A stretch of DNA of 64,000 bases from contig JAWAKK010000002.1 of assembly GCA_038887515.1 (NCBI GenBank), forward strand, positions 96,001-160,000, written 5' to 3'. Position numbers and translations under genes: made by a program. This DNA comes from Candidatus Nezhaarchaeales archaeon. Its GTDB lineage: Archaea; Thermoproteota; Methanomethylicia; Nezhaarchaeales; WYZ-LMO8. Shown here piece by piece: positions 11,017 to 20,682 of this stretch. The number at the start of each line of letters is the position of its first letter. Positions within the stretch are counted from its first letter, which is position 1. The notes beneath the pieces were generated by a model. It made no database searches. It was not told where the DNA came from and saw only the letters and a program-made list of their open reading frames with translations.

Positions 11017-11618
11017 GCCCTCACCTCTACTAAGAAAAGCTCTTCAAGCCAAAATCTCTTCTTGGCTAAGATCGAGTACTGAAGATTCGTAGATTTTAAG
11101 GTCGATAATATTTTGTCGTTCTCTGTAAAAGATGATGTCACGAAGTATAATCTACCGTTTTTGCTCAGAACCCTGTAAACGTCTTTGATAACCCTTAAAA
11201 TCATAGAAGTACCATCGATGCCCCCGCTCCATGAAGGCTCGTCTATGCGTGGATCTCCGGTAGATGGCAAGTATGGGGGATTCATGATTATTGCATCGAA
11301 TTCACAATTGTCTCTTAGAGCCGATGTGACGTCAGAACATAGAAAAGCCGTACGCTCTTCGACTTTATTTATTTTTGCATTATATTGGGCATTACGAACT
11401 GCTACCTTACTCACATCTATTCCAACGACGTAGCAACCACTTAACGCATAATTTATAGCTAAGATACCGCTCCCAGTACCTACATCAAGCACCAATTCTC
11501 CGCAGTTCAGCTTCAAGTTATCTAACAGCATAAATGTATCATCTGATGGCTGGTAGACCCCTTCCCAGACATGAATTACCATATTGTCGAACGACAGCTT
11601 CACGTGAATGCACCTCAA
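10998..11618 (-). CDS. HemK2-type N5-glutamine methyltransferase
   Basis: VYQPSDDT, DVGTGSG, NPPY. Confidence 0.88.
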   Translation of the reverse strand: MRCIHVKLSFDNMVIHVWEGVYQPSDDTFMLLDNLKLNCGELVLDVGTGSGILAINYALSGCYVVGIDVSKVAVRNAQYNAKINKVEERTAFLCSDVTSALRDNCEFDAIIMNPPYLPSTGDPRIDEPSWSGGIDGTSMILRVIKDVYRVLSKNGRLYFVTSSFTENDKILSTLKSTNLQYSILAKKRFWLEELFLVEVRACPTSG

Positions 11619-12451
11619 TGTATTACGTAATCCCCGATGATGTTGGATATGTAAGCAAAGTCCGAAGGACTTAAGTCCTTAACCCTTGAGTTCATGTATT
11701 TCTTTAGCCTCTCATCATAGTATACTTTCTCGTCAACCTTGAATTGCATGAGCTTAGTTACAGCTACGCGCAGAGCCTTCCTTAAAACCCTGTTGCGCTG
11801 GGTGAAAAGCGACCTAACGACCTCTAAGTGAAGGTCTATATTTTTGATTTCGTAAGGTGGGCTTCGTCTTTCCAGCTTTAATAGGGCTGAGTCAACGTCT
11901 GGTTCAGGATAGAAGTTCTTCCTTTTAATTGTCATCAATAGTTGAGTAGCAAAAAAGGCATCTAAGGAAACGGTTAATCTGCCGTAATCCCTAGTACCGG
12001 GCTTTGATAATATTCGCAATGCAAGCTCTTTCTGCAGAGTGAGGAGGGCCCTGCTAAACGTGCAGTCTCGAGCTAACTTAAAGAGCATTGGTGTAGCGAT
12101 GCTGTACGGCACGTTTGAAACTACGACGTCAACCGGTGGTGGCCTTATGTTTAGGAAGTCCGCCTCCATTACTACTACGTTATTGTGGTTCTTTAGAACG
12201 TCTTCACGTAATGCTTTACTCAATACTGGGTCGACTTCAATTGCGTATACTAGCCTAGCTTTTGAAGCAAGTATATCAGTTAAAGCTCCGAGGCCTGCAC
12301 CTACCTCTAGGACGACGAGGCCTTCTACTTCAGATAACTCGATTATGCGTCTCGCTATCCGATCGTTAATTAAAAACGACTGGCCTAACTCTTTTTTCGG
12401 TGATATTGAGTGCTTCTTAATTAGAATCAGAGTACGTTGTAGTAAGTTCAT
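11615..12451 (-). CDS. ksgA: 16S rRNA adenine dimethyltransferase
   Basis: LGQSFL, EVGAGLG, SNVPY, YGRL. Confidence 0.93.
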   Translation of the reverse strand: MNLLQRTLILIKKHSISPKKELGQSFLINDRIARRIIELSEVEGLVVLEVGAGLGALTDILASKARLVYAIEVDPVLSKALREDVLKNHNNVVVMEADFLNIRPPPVDVVVSNVPYSIATPMLFKLARDCTFSRALLTLQKELALRILSKPGTRDYGRLTVSLDAFFATQLLMTIKRKNFYPEPDVDSALLKLERRSPPYEIKNIDLHLEVVRSLFTQRNRVLRKALRVAVTKLMQFKVDEKVYYDERLKKYMNSRVKDLSPSDFAYISNIIGDYVIH

Positions 12452-13044
12452 GGTTCCGTCGTCTTCTCTTTAGAAACCGGAGCAACCGTAAATAAGTAGT
12501 ACTTCTCGTTGCCCTTCAGTTCAGTTAAGATTCTCTCCGTCAATATTTCAACTATGTTGCTTATCCCGGTTCTTTTTTCAAAGTCTTCATAGCTAGTGAA
12601 GGGGGCTTTCTCTCGTTCCTTGATTATGAGCCACATAGTTTTCTTTCCTATCCTAGGTAGGAGTTCGAGGGAGTGCATTTTCGTAGTTAGCGGCGAAGCG
12701 TTGTTTAGAAAATCTACGAACCTGACTTCATGTTCTCTAACTATCTTTTCTACTATTCTGGGTAGCTCGTCTTTAGCCAAAGCTGTTAAGTCGTCGTAGC
12801 TTAATCGCCTTGTTATCCTATCAATTTTCTCCCTAAAGCCTTTCCCTATGAATACCTTTTCGCCCGGCGATAGAAGAACGTTAGGTTTGGGGACTAGCTC
12901 GAGCAACATAAAGAAGTCTTCGCCTACGGCTTGAACTATAGGTTTGCCCATAAACTGGGGACGGCTTTCCCTGAGATAACCTCTAGGCAAAAAATCTAGG
13001 ACATAAGCGTATTCCTCAAACTTCTTTTTATGCATAGTCAACAA
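12448..13044 (-). CDS. DUF655 family protein
   Basis: EEYAYVLDF, HSLELLPRIGKK HhH motif; usual position between rpoF and ksgA. Confidence 0.88.
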   Translation of the reverse strand: MLTMHKKKFEEYAYVLDFLPRGYLRESRPQFMGKPIVQAVGEDFFMLLELVPKPNVLLSPGEKVFIGKGFREKIDRITRRLSYDDLTALAKDELPRIVEKIVREHEVRFVDFLNNASPLTTKMHSLELLPRIGKKTMWLIIKEREKAPFTSYEDFEKRTGISNIVEILTERILTELKGNEKYYLFTVAPVSKEKTTEP

Positions 13045-13073
13045 AATCTAACACCTATGTATAAGGCTAAAGA

Positions 13074-13403
13074 TTATTGAAGGTAGCTACGGATTAGCTC
13101 TAACATATTTTCAAGGTCCTCAGTTAAGAAGACCCTACCTTCCTTAGCGAGTAAAACTCTTAGTTCCTGCACGGATCCTGGCGAGACGTTCACTACTTGA
13201 ACAGCAGTAGTCCTAGAAACCTTAAATTTCTCCACAAGGTCTTCTACTAGTTTCTCAGCTTTATCGGAGGGGATCTTAGAGAATTTGGAAGCATGATGTA
13301 GGGCAGCTGCTTGATATGGCTCTAGGGGGCCTTGCTTTTGTCTAACTTCAAGTAAATCGCGTACTTTAGGTAGGGGTATCTCCTTAATGCTTATAACTTT
13401 CAT
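13074..13403 (-). CDS. rpoF: RNA polymerase subunit Rpo4 (RpoF)
   Basis: KFSK...AVQVVNVSP...ELR pattern and gene context. Confidence 0.9.
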   Translation of the reverse strand: MKVISIKEIPLPKVRDLLEVRQKQGPLEPYQAAALHHASKFSKIPSDKAEKLVEDLVEKFKVSRTTAVQVVNVSPGSVQELRVLLAKEGRVFLTEDLENMLELIRSYLQ

Positions 13404-13411
13404 TCCTAAGC

Positions 13412-13454
13412 TCTCCCCGAGAGGAATTTAGCTATGAAGTATTTCTCGGGGAGA
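13412..13454. repeat. Perfect 11-bp inverted repeat between divergent rpoF and rpl21e
   Basis: TCTCCCCGAGA (13412-13422) / TCTCGGGGAGA (13444-13454), 21-nt spacer. Confidence 0.85.
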
Positions 13455-13497
13455 AAATAAATATATTTATAGTTCAGAAGGCCTATTCGAACAGTAC

Positions 13498-13830
13498 TTG
13501 AACTCGAGCCTGACGTTAGGGGCGAGGGCTTTGAAGAGATCAAAGGGTTTAAGGAGTAAAGGTAGAAGTTTATTATCAAAACATCCGCGTAAGCGTGGCA
13601 TAAGAGGGCTAAGCTACCTTTTGTTAGAGTATAAGGTAGGTGATAAAGTCGTCCTCGATATAGATTCGTCCAACATAGGAACGGCACCTCATAGAAGATA
13701 CCACGGCCTCACAGGAGTTATCGTGGGCAAGAGGGGTAGGGCCTACGTTGTTGAGACGAAACTTGGGGATAAAACTAAAATAATAATAACGACGCCTGAG
13801 CACATAAGGCCACTTAAGGCTACAGCCTAG
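13498..13830 (+). CDS. rpl21e: Ribosomal protein eL21 (start probably TTG at 13531); inverted relative to its operon
   Basis: SKGLRSK, PHRRYHG, PEHIRP. Confidence 0.95.
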   Translation: MNSSLTLGARALKRSKGLRSKGRSLLSKHPRKRGIRGLSYLLLEYKVGDKVVLDIDSSNIGTAPHRRYHGLTGVIVGKRGRAYVVETKLGDKTKIIITTPEHIRPLKATA

Positions 13831-15167
13831 CCCTCAACTTCAATGACGTCGAGTTCTAAGACCTTTAGCTTAGTGCCGAGGAACTCTTGGAAACTTGGCG
13901 TCGTTCTACCCTCATCTCCATGAATGAGTTCTTTGACATATAGCCCACCTTGACACTTTATCATTACCTCAAAGGTTCTACCACGAACATCCAAGACTTT
14001 TACTTCATACACCTTCTTGGTCCGCAACTTATCGGCTCGACGATGTAAAACCCTTCGTGGAGTCAATTGTTTTATAGTCTTTTCTTTAAAGTAATTAATC
14101 AGAGCTTCGATCTTCTCTTTGTCTACGGGGTCCTCCGCTTCTATAAGTGCCCTGTAAGTCTTTCTTTTCACCTTGGCAGATAATTTTAGCATTCCAACCA
14201 TGGATTTATTTGTGTATGACATCTCAGAAACTTCGATTATACCTTGCGATTTTTCATTTATGTCCCTTTGAAGCTCCGTAAGATCGATGAACCTCTTTTT
14301 GGGTTCGATTACCTCTACAACGAATGGTCTTCCTGAACCTAAAACCCTAACATCTATATCCTCCCTTCCAGCTCCGTGAAACTTGGCCTTAGACGCCTCA
14401 AACCTTTCGATTATGGGTTTCGTTATAAGTTCTTCAACCGAATACTTGTAACGTCTTCCAGTCCAATCGCATTCAGGGCAACCAGACCCCCTACACTTAG
14501 AGCAAGGCCACTTCGATTGAGGTATCCCACGCACTAGTTTCTTGTACCGACCATATATGAAGATGGGATAAGGCTTTACATCTACGTTCATCTTGTGAAA
14601 GTCTAATACTATGAGTATGTCCGGTCGTTGGAAATCAACGTTCTTTCCAATCTTAGATCCTATGGCCGAGCCCGCTTCTCTATTGACCTCCCTCTTTATC
14701 GACTCTCCCCACTCTATTCCTATATACGACCTTAAGGCATCTTCCTTCTCGATAATATCGCCGGGTATTCTGCACCCAACAATATACGTATTAAATTCGT
14801 ATTCCAAGAGGCGAACAATAGCTTTGTTTATTAGACTGTGTAACGGCTCGAAAAGAAGGCCCTTACACACTTCACAAGACGATACCTCAGGCACTTCAAA
14901 ACCACTTTTTGTAAGGAGCTTCCTTGCAGGCTCAAAGCCAGTTTTCGCGATGTTTTGTAGTATTTTAACAGCCTCTTCTTGATGACCTCTACTTATAAGG
15001 TTCGAAGAGAGCATGCAAAGTAGCGTCTTTAAGCTTACTCCTCTAGCTTCATTAGTTAGTGCAACCCCTAGACTAGCGAAAAAGCGACCAAAACACTTAT
15101 CGCATAACACAGCTTTTTCCGCTAACTTTATGGATTTCTCGACGATCTCGGATGCAACATCTAACAT
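13827..15167 (-). CDS. pus10: tRNA pseudouridine 54/55 synthase
   Basis: GAGREDIDVR catalytic motif, GLYVKEL, GRTTPS. Confidence 0.95.
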   Translation of the reverse strand: MLDVASEIVEKSIKLAEKAVLCDKCFGRFFASLGVALTNEARGVSLKTLLCMLSSNLISRGHQEEAVKILQNIAKTGFEPARKLLTKSGFEVPEVSSCEVCKGLLFEPLHSLINKAIVRLLEYEFNTYIVGCRIPGDIIEKEDALRSYIGIEWGESIKREVNREAGSAIGSKIGKNVDFQRPDILIVLDFHKMNVDVKPYPIFIYGRYKKLVRGIPQSKWPCSKCRGSGCPECDWTGRRYKYSVEELITKPIIERFEASKAKFHGAGREDIDVRVLGSGRPFVVEVIEPKKRFIDLTELQRDINEKSQGIIEVSEMSYTNKSMVGMLKLSAKVKRKTYRALIEAEDPVDKEKIEALINYFKEKTIKQLTPRRVLHRRADKLRTKKVYEVKVLDVRGRTFEVMIKCQGGLYVKELIHGDEGRTTPSFQEFLGTKLKVLELDVIEVEG

Positions 15168-15193
15168 GCGCTATACCTCGTCTTTGATGGACC

Positions 15194-16525
15194 TTAGGAC
15201 CTAAAAGGTAATGGTAGACGACCTTTCCGCTGCTTCCTCATGAAGGTCTTGATCATCCGCCTAATCCCTTCGTAAGCGTCGAGAAGGTCTTTAACATCTT
15301 TAACCTTAACTCCACTACCTCGAGCTATCCTCCTCATCCTAGACCTATTTATTACCTCGGGGTTTTCTAGCTCTTCTTTTGTCATGGATTTAACTATGAC
15401 GGTCCACTTGTCAAGCTTTTCTTGTGCTACATCCGCAATTTCGTCGGGTAAGCTTAAACCGAATCCCGGTATCATTTCAAGAACCTTCCGTAGAGGTCCA
15501 AGCTTCTTTAATCTCTCTAGCTGATGAATCATGTCTTTTAAAGTAAGCTTACCGCTAAGTATGTTCTTCATTTCCTCTTCTTTTAACGAAGCTTCTTTTA
15601 CCTTCTCCGCTAACGACTTAAGGTCCCCCATGCCTAGTAGTCTGCTAACAAAACTTGAAGGATCAAAGATTTCAAATTCTTCGATTTTTTCTCCTACACC
15701 CACAAATTTTATTTGGGCACCTGTAGCGACGACAGCTGATAGTGCTCCTCCACCTCTTGCAGCTCCATCTAGTTTTGTTACAACTATCGATCCTATCTTC
15801 GTCGAATTATTGAAGGCTTCTGCCTGAACTCTAGCTTGTTGTCCTATAGTAGCGTCGATGACTAAGATCACTTCGTCAGGGTTTATGGTTTCACTTAGTT
15901 GCTTCATTTCCTCCATTAGCGCTGACTCGTTCTTATGTCTCCCAGCGGTGTCGATGATTATGACGTTACAGCCGTTCTTCTTAAGCTCGTCAACTCCTCT
16001 TAGAGCTATCTCTACTGGATTACTAGACTTATCACCATAAAATGGGACGCCCACCTTTAGCGCTAACTGTTTTAGTTGATCGTAAGCCCCGGGTCTAAAG
16101 GTGTCGGCGCAAACTATTCCTGGACGGTGCCCCCTGCTCTTATAAAACCACGCCAACTTTGCGGCGGTTGTAGTCTTGCCAGAGCCTTGTACCCCCACAA
16201 GCATAATTACTATCGGTTTAGCTGTGGGAAATAGTATGTTAGGTTGTTTTTCTCCACCTAGAGACTCTAAGAGGGATTCGTAGAGAACCTTAAGGGTAAC
16301 ATCCCTTCTAGTGAAGCCCGGAGGAACCGGTTCTTTAAGCGCTTTCTCCTCAATTTTTTGCGTTATCTTAAGTACCAAGTCAACATTCACATCAGCCAGA
16401 AGGAGTGCCCTCTGAACATCCCTAATTAACTCCTTAACTGCAAGTTCATCTGCTACCGGTCTCCCTAAGAACTTCTTTACAGCCTCTCGAAGTGAAGTGC
16501 CTAGTTTTCCTAGCATCAACCTCAA
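15194..16525 (-). CDS. ffh: Signal recognition particle protein SRP54
   Basis: GSGKTT, DTAGR, TKLD, Met-rich M domain. Confidence 0.96.
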   Translation of the reverse strand: MRLMLGKLGTSLREAVKKFLGRPVADELAVKELIRDVQRALLLADVNVDLVLKITQKIEEKALKEPVPPGFTRRDVTLKVLYESLLESLGGEKQPNILFPTAKPIVIMLVGVQGSGKTTTAAKLAWFYKSRGHRPGIVCADTFRPGAYDQLKQLALKVGVPFYGDKSSNPVEIALRGVDELKKNGCNVIIIDTAGRHKNESALMEEMKQLSETINPDEVILVIDATIGQQARVQAEAFNNSTKIGSIVVTKLDGAARGGGALSAVVATGAQIKFVGVGEKIEEFEIFDPSSFVSRLLGMGDLKSLAEKVKEASLKEEEMKNILSGKLTLKDMIHQLERLKKLGPLRKVLEMIPGFGLSLPDEIADVAQEKLDKWTVIVKSMTKEELENPEVINRSRMRRIARGSGVKVKDVKDLLDAYEGIRRMIKTFMRKQRKGRLPLPFRS

Positions 16526-16559
16526 ACCCTTTATAAGTGAATATGCTTAAATTTATTTA

Positions 16560-17654
16560 GTGATCCCTATTTTTCGCTATCACGTGTACGATCTGAGGGT
16601 TAACGATGTCGCAGCCTTCATAGACAAACAGCATATAAAGAAAGTACTACTTCAATTTGCCGATGGATTAAAGCAATATTCCTGTTACGTTTATGAAGAG
16701 CTAGGCGAGAGGAAACCTAACGTCGAAGTCTACCTATCAGGTTCCAGCTGCTACGGTGCGTGTGATGTTGCTTTTGATGAAGCGGTAAACATAGGTGTTA
16801 ACGGTATAGTGCATTATGGTCATACATCTTTTCCTGAAAGCTTTACCTATGCTGATAAGCTAGGGGTCAAATTACTCTTCGTAGAAGCATTTTCAAGAGT
16901 TGACATAAGTAAGGCGCTTGATAAAGCCCTTGATATCATAAGTTCTATGGGAAATGTGACTAACGTAGGTCTCACGGCATCTCTTCAGGAGATCCCTCAA
17001 ATTCCTATTGTAAAGCAACTCTTAGAGAGGGAGGGTTACCAAGTCCATGTAGGTATAGGCTCTGACAGAGTTAAATATCCAGGTCAGGTCTTAGGTTGCG
17101 ACTATACGTCAGCTCTATTAATTAAGGATAGCGTAGAGACTTTCTTGCACATAGGAGGAGGGCTCTTTCATGCTATAGGTCTTAGCATAGCGGTTCAAAA
17201 GCCCGTAGTATTATGCGACCCCTACCGAAGCGAGGCGAGAGATGTCGAAAGCGAGGCTAGGCGCGTAAAGGCTGTGAGGTTACATGAAGTCCTAAAAGTT
17301 ATGGATGAAGCAAGACATTTCTGTATAGTTGTAGGATGTAAGTGGAGGCAGAGGCACGTAGGCTCTGCTATGAAAATAAAAAGGCTACTTGAAAGGAAGG
17401 GTAAGAAGGCGAACCTAATGATGTTGTACGAGGTAACTCCGCAAACATTAGAGAACGTGGCTGAACCTGATGCTTTCGTGATAACAGCTTGTCCAAGAAT
17501 ACCGATAGACGACTACATGAACTATAGAAGGCCTATACTGACGGTCCTTGAAGCGTTAATTGTAGCGGGAGAATTAAAGCTTGAGGAGTGGTCTTTGTGT
17601 GATTGGACGTTTAACGAAAAAGCAGCTCGCACTATTACTTTCAAGGGTAGGTGA
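16560..17654 (+). CDS. dph2: Diphthamide biosynthesis protein Dph2
   Basis: CYGACD, GQVLGC, TACPR Fe-S cysteines. Confidence 0.93.
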   Translation: MIPIFRYHVYDLRVNDVAAFIDKQHIKKVLLQFADGLKQYSCYVYEELGERKPNVEVYLSGSSCYGACDVAFDEAVNIGVNGIVHYGHTSFPESFTYADKLGVKLLFVEAFSRVDISKALDKALDIISSMGNVTNVGLTASLQEIPQIPIVKQLLEREGYQVHVGIGSDRVKYPGQVLGCDYTSALLIKDSVETFLHIGGGLFHAIGLSIAVQKPVVLCDPYRSEARDVESEARRVKAVRLHEVLKVMDEARHFCIVVGCKWRQRHVGSAMKIKRLLERKGKKANLMMLYEVTPQTLENVAEPDAFVITACPRIPIDDYMNYRRPILTVLEALIVAGELKLEEWSLCDWTFNEKAARTITFKGR

Positions 17655-18225
17655 ACATCCAGCACCTAAGGTTACACTCGAGCAGTATACCCTAGTAAGC
17701 GAAGAGGTAAGCGAGATATTATGGACTATAGAAACTGCATTTGGTGATATAGGTGGGAAAGTACTCGTCGATTTAGGTTGCGGGACGGGTAGGCTAGCAA
17801 TAGGCTCAGCCTTGCTAGGTGCTGGCTACGTAATCGGTGTAGACATAGATAAGTCGGCGTTGAGTGTGGCCGTAAGGTCGGCTAAAGAGCTTAGGGTTGA
17901 TGATCGGACTTCCTGGATCTTAGCCTCAGCCCACGCCATCAATTTAAGAGCTGACGTCGTAGTCCAGAACCCGCCCTACGGCGTAAAAAGGGAAGGAGCT
18001 GATAGGCCTTTCTTAGAAGCTGCACTTAGAATAGCTCCAATAGTCTACAGCCTACACAAGTCAGGTCGAAAAAATAGGCTATTCTTAAAAAGATATATTG
18101 AGAGTTTAGGAGGGGTTATTGATAGGGTTATACCTCTTGAAGTGACTATAAAGCCAATATTTGAGTTTCACATCAAGAGGAATTACAAAGTTAAAGTAGA
18201 TCTATACAGGATATTGAGGAAATGA
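17581..18225 (+). CDS. METTL5 family methyltransferase (start uncertain)
   Basis: LEQY, DLGCGTG, NPPYG, YSLH. Confidence 0.88.
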   Translation: MRSGLCVIGRLTKKQLALLLSRVGEHPAPKVTLEQYTLVSEEVSEILWTIETAFGDIGGKVLVDLGCGTGRLAIGSALLGAGYVIGVDIDKSALSVAVRSAKELRVDDRTSWILASAHAINLRADVVVQNPPYGVKREGADRPFLEAALRIAPIVYSLHKSGRKNRLFLKRYIESLGGVIDRVIPLEVTIKPIFEFHIKRNYKVKVDLYRILRK

Positions 18226-18240
18226 ATGAGGTAAGGAGAG

Positions 18241-18819
18241 ATGAATGAGAAAGTACTAAAAGAAGTCGTCGTTCCGGGAGAGGAAATAGGGGTAATAGAA
18301 GAGTTCTTGCCAGGAGAAGGGACGTACATCGATGGAAGCTTAATAAGGTCAACGATGCTAGGCGTTGCAACACTGGATATTAAAGAGAGGAGAGCAAGCA
18401 TCAAACCATTGCTCAAGAAGATTCCACTCCCCATAGAAAGGGGGGACATCGTGATAGGCGAAGTCGTTGGGATGAAAAGGGATACGGCAACGGTCCTCAT
18501 AAAAAAGAACGAAAGCAAAGGACTGGCTATAAACAATCCGTTTCATGGATTACTTCATGTAAGCCAAGTTAGTAATAAATTTGTGGAACTCTTGTCCGAT
18601 GCGGTGAAGGTAACGGACGTTTTGATAGCTAAAGTATTAAACAGCAAGCCGCCTTATCAACTGTCAATAAAAGAAAAGGGATTAGGCGTGATTCTAGCCT
18701 TTTGCCCTAATTGTCAAGCCCCTATGTCTATTAAGAATAGAAAACTTTATTGTATAAAATGTAAAATCCAAGAGACAAGAAAACTCTCTACAAGGTATTC
18801 GACTAATCTAAAACTGTAG
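18241..18819 (+). CDS. csl4: Exosome subunit Csl4
   Basis: VPGEEIG...EEF, S1 domain, C-terminal Zn ribbon and ETRKLS. Confidence 0.92.
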   Translation: MNEKVLKEVVVPGEEIGVIEEFLPGEGTYIDGSLIRSTMLGVATLDIKERRASIKPLLKKIPLPIERGDIVIGEVVGMKRDTATVLIKKNESKGLAINNPFHGLLHVSQVSNKFVELLSDAVKVTDVLIAKVLNSKPPYQLSIKEKGLGVILAFCPNCQAPMSIKNRKLYCIKCKIQETRKLSTRYSTNLKL

Positions 18820-18832
18820 TGGATGATGAGAG

Positions 18833-19117
18833 ATGAAATTGAGGGTTTTGGAAAAGGATGAAAGGAGCTTGAAAATAGAGATAATAGGCGAGGGACATAC
18901 GTTTTGCAACTTACTAAGGGATTTTCTACTAAAGAACCCAGATGTAGAGTTCGCAGCCTATAGGATCGACCATCCATTGGTCTCTAATCCTGTCTTCTAC
19001 GTAAAGACTAGAGAACATAGACCTGAAGAAGCCCTAAGAAGTGCGGCAGAAGAAATGATTAACGCACTTGAGGAATTCAAGAAGTTGCTTTATAACGCTA
19101 TGAAGCAATTGGTTTGA
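18833..19117 (+). CDS. rpoL: RNA polymerase subunit Rpo11 (RpoL)
   Basis: GEGHTFCNLL, AAYRIDHPL. Confidence 0.95.
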   Translation: MKLRVLEKDERSLKIEIIGEGHTFCNLLRDFLLKNPDVEFAAYRIDHPLVSNPVFYVKTREHRPEEALRSAAEEMINALEEFKKLLYNAMKQLV

Positions 19118-19118
19118 A

Positions 19119-19505
19119 GTGGCTTTCATGAAGAGGGAGCAAAGGGTTCTAGCGATAACAGGGAACGGTGATGTCCTTGTAAGTGTCTTGTACAGGGGGG
19201 AATTATTGTTCGAAAGCCTAGACGTAAAGGTACTTAAACAAAAGTTAAGTGTAGAGGAAGCTTTAAAGTCGGAATACTTGTACCAAGCCAGAACTATCGT
19301 GATAGATGAAAATGTCTTTAAAAGCATTGGAGATACTATCAAAAGTCTATTATCGACTTTAATTTCTCAAAAGAGAGTTAAAGTCGTGATTTGGAAGGGC
19401 GGAGCTGGCGAAGTCCCATACCTTCAAGGCGAAATACCAGAAGCTTTAAGAGTAGCGAAGAAGATTTTCTCTGAAATACGCGACATAATTCGGAATGTAC
19501 CTTGA
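19119..19505 (+). CDS. Hypothetical protein, shortened DUF99-like
   Basis: Position between rpoL and tfs; KREQRVLAI and IPEALRVA ends resemble DUF99. Confidence 0.55.
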   Translation: MAFMKREQRVLAITGNGDVLVSVLYRGELLFESLDVKVLKQKLSVEEALKSEYLYQARTIVIDENVFKSIGDTIKSLLSTLISQKRVKVVIWKGGAGEVPYLQGEIPEALRVAKKIFSEIRDIIRNVP

Positions 19506-19514
19506 GGTGAGATT

Positions 19515-19844
19515 CTGCTACCGATATGTCCAAAATGTGGCACGTTTATGACCCTAAAGAAGGAAAATGGAAAATCTTATTGGGCTTGTAAGCGCTGCGG
19601 TCACCTAGAAGAGAACGTGAGAGTAGTGAAGAAGGAACAGATAACTCATACGCAGAAGGAAAAGGTCGTAGTAATCGAGGAAGGCAGTTCATACAAAGCA
19701 ATGCCTAAGATAGCGGCGACATGTCCAGAATGTGGCTACAACGAGGCTTACTACTGGATGGTCCAGACGCGTAGAGCTGATGAAGGTATGACTAGGTTCT
19801 TCCGTTGTGTAAAGTGTGGAAGGACTTGGAGAGAGTATCATTAA
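19515..19844 (+). CDS. tfs: Transcription factor S (probable CTG start at 19515)
   Basis: CPKCG lies in frame upstream of ATG 19548; C-terminal QTRRADE Zn ribbon; SD GAGGTGA at 19504-19510. Confidence 0.92.
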   Translation: MLPICPKCGTFMTLKKENGKSYWACKRCGHLEENVRVVKKEQITHTQKEKVVVIEEGSSYKAMPKIAATCPECGYNEAYYWMVQTRRADEGMTRFFRCVKCGRTWREYH

Positions 19845-19932
19845 TAGCGAGTCGACGGTAGACTATTGTTAAACGCTTAAAAAGTTAAAATTAAGCTAAG
19901 CTACGTATAACTTCTGGTTGGGAGGATAGATT

Positions 19933-20682
19933 ATGTTTAAAGCTGTATTTAGAGATGCCAGATTGTGGTATAGAATAGTTGAAGCATTGTCATCGCTTAT
20001 CGACGAGGGCACTATAAAAATAAGCGAAGAAGGCCTACGCTTGAGGGCTATGGATCCATCTAAGATAGCTATGATAGACTTTGAAATGCCTCGAGATGCG
20101 TTTGATGAATATCAGTGCGATGGAGAGATGACGATAGGTCTTAATTTTGACGAGTTAAATAAGATAGTTAAGAGGGGCAGCGCTAAAGAAAAGGTACAAC
20201 TTGAAGTACCACCTGGTAGCGCAAGACTTAAAGTCATACTGAAAGGTAAGGCTTCGAGGAGCTTTTCAATCCCTTTGATCGACTTAGAGTATGAAGAGTT
20301 GCCAACACCAACGCTCTCATTTAACGTTAAGGCTACCGTAATGGCTGATACTTTTGAAGAGGCTTTAAAGGACGTAGAATTAGTAAGCGACTACGTAAAG
20401 TTAGAGGGGCGACCCAACGCAATCGTGGTTAGAGGTCAAAGTGATAAAGGTGAGGTGGAGGCCACATTAACAGCGGAAACAGGCGCACTTTTAGAATTAG
20501 ACTTGAAAGAAGAGTCTGTTGCATCGTATAGTCTCGAGTACTTAATGGATATGCTTAAGGCAAACAAAGCGGCTGAAGTTGCAACTCTTGAGTTCTCGAC
20601 AAATATGCCCCTGAGCTTGACCTTTCCAATCCCTGGCGGAGGAACCATAAGGTATTACCTGGCCCCTAGATTAGAAGAGTAA
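19933..20682 (+). CDS. pcn: Sliding clamp PCNA
   Basis: AMDPSK, YYLAPR. Confidence 0.96.
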   Translation: MFKAVFRDARLWYRIVEALSSLIDEGTIKISEEGLRLRAMDPSKIAMIDFEMPRDAFDEYQCDGEMTIGLNFDELNKIVKRGSAKEKVQLEVPPGSARLKVILKGKASRSFSIPLIDLEYEELPTPTLSFNVKATVMADTFEEALKDVELVSDYVKLEGRPNAIVVRGQSDKGEVEATLTAETGALLELDLKEESVASYSLEYLMDMLKANKAAEVATLEFSTNMPLSLTFPIPGGGTIRYYLAPRLEE

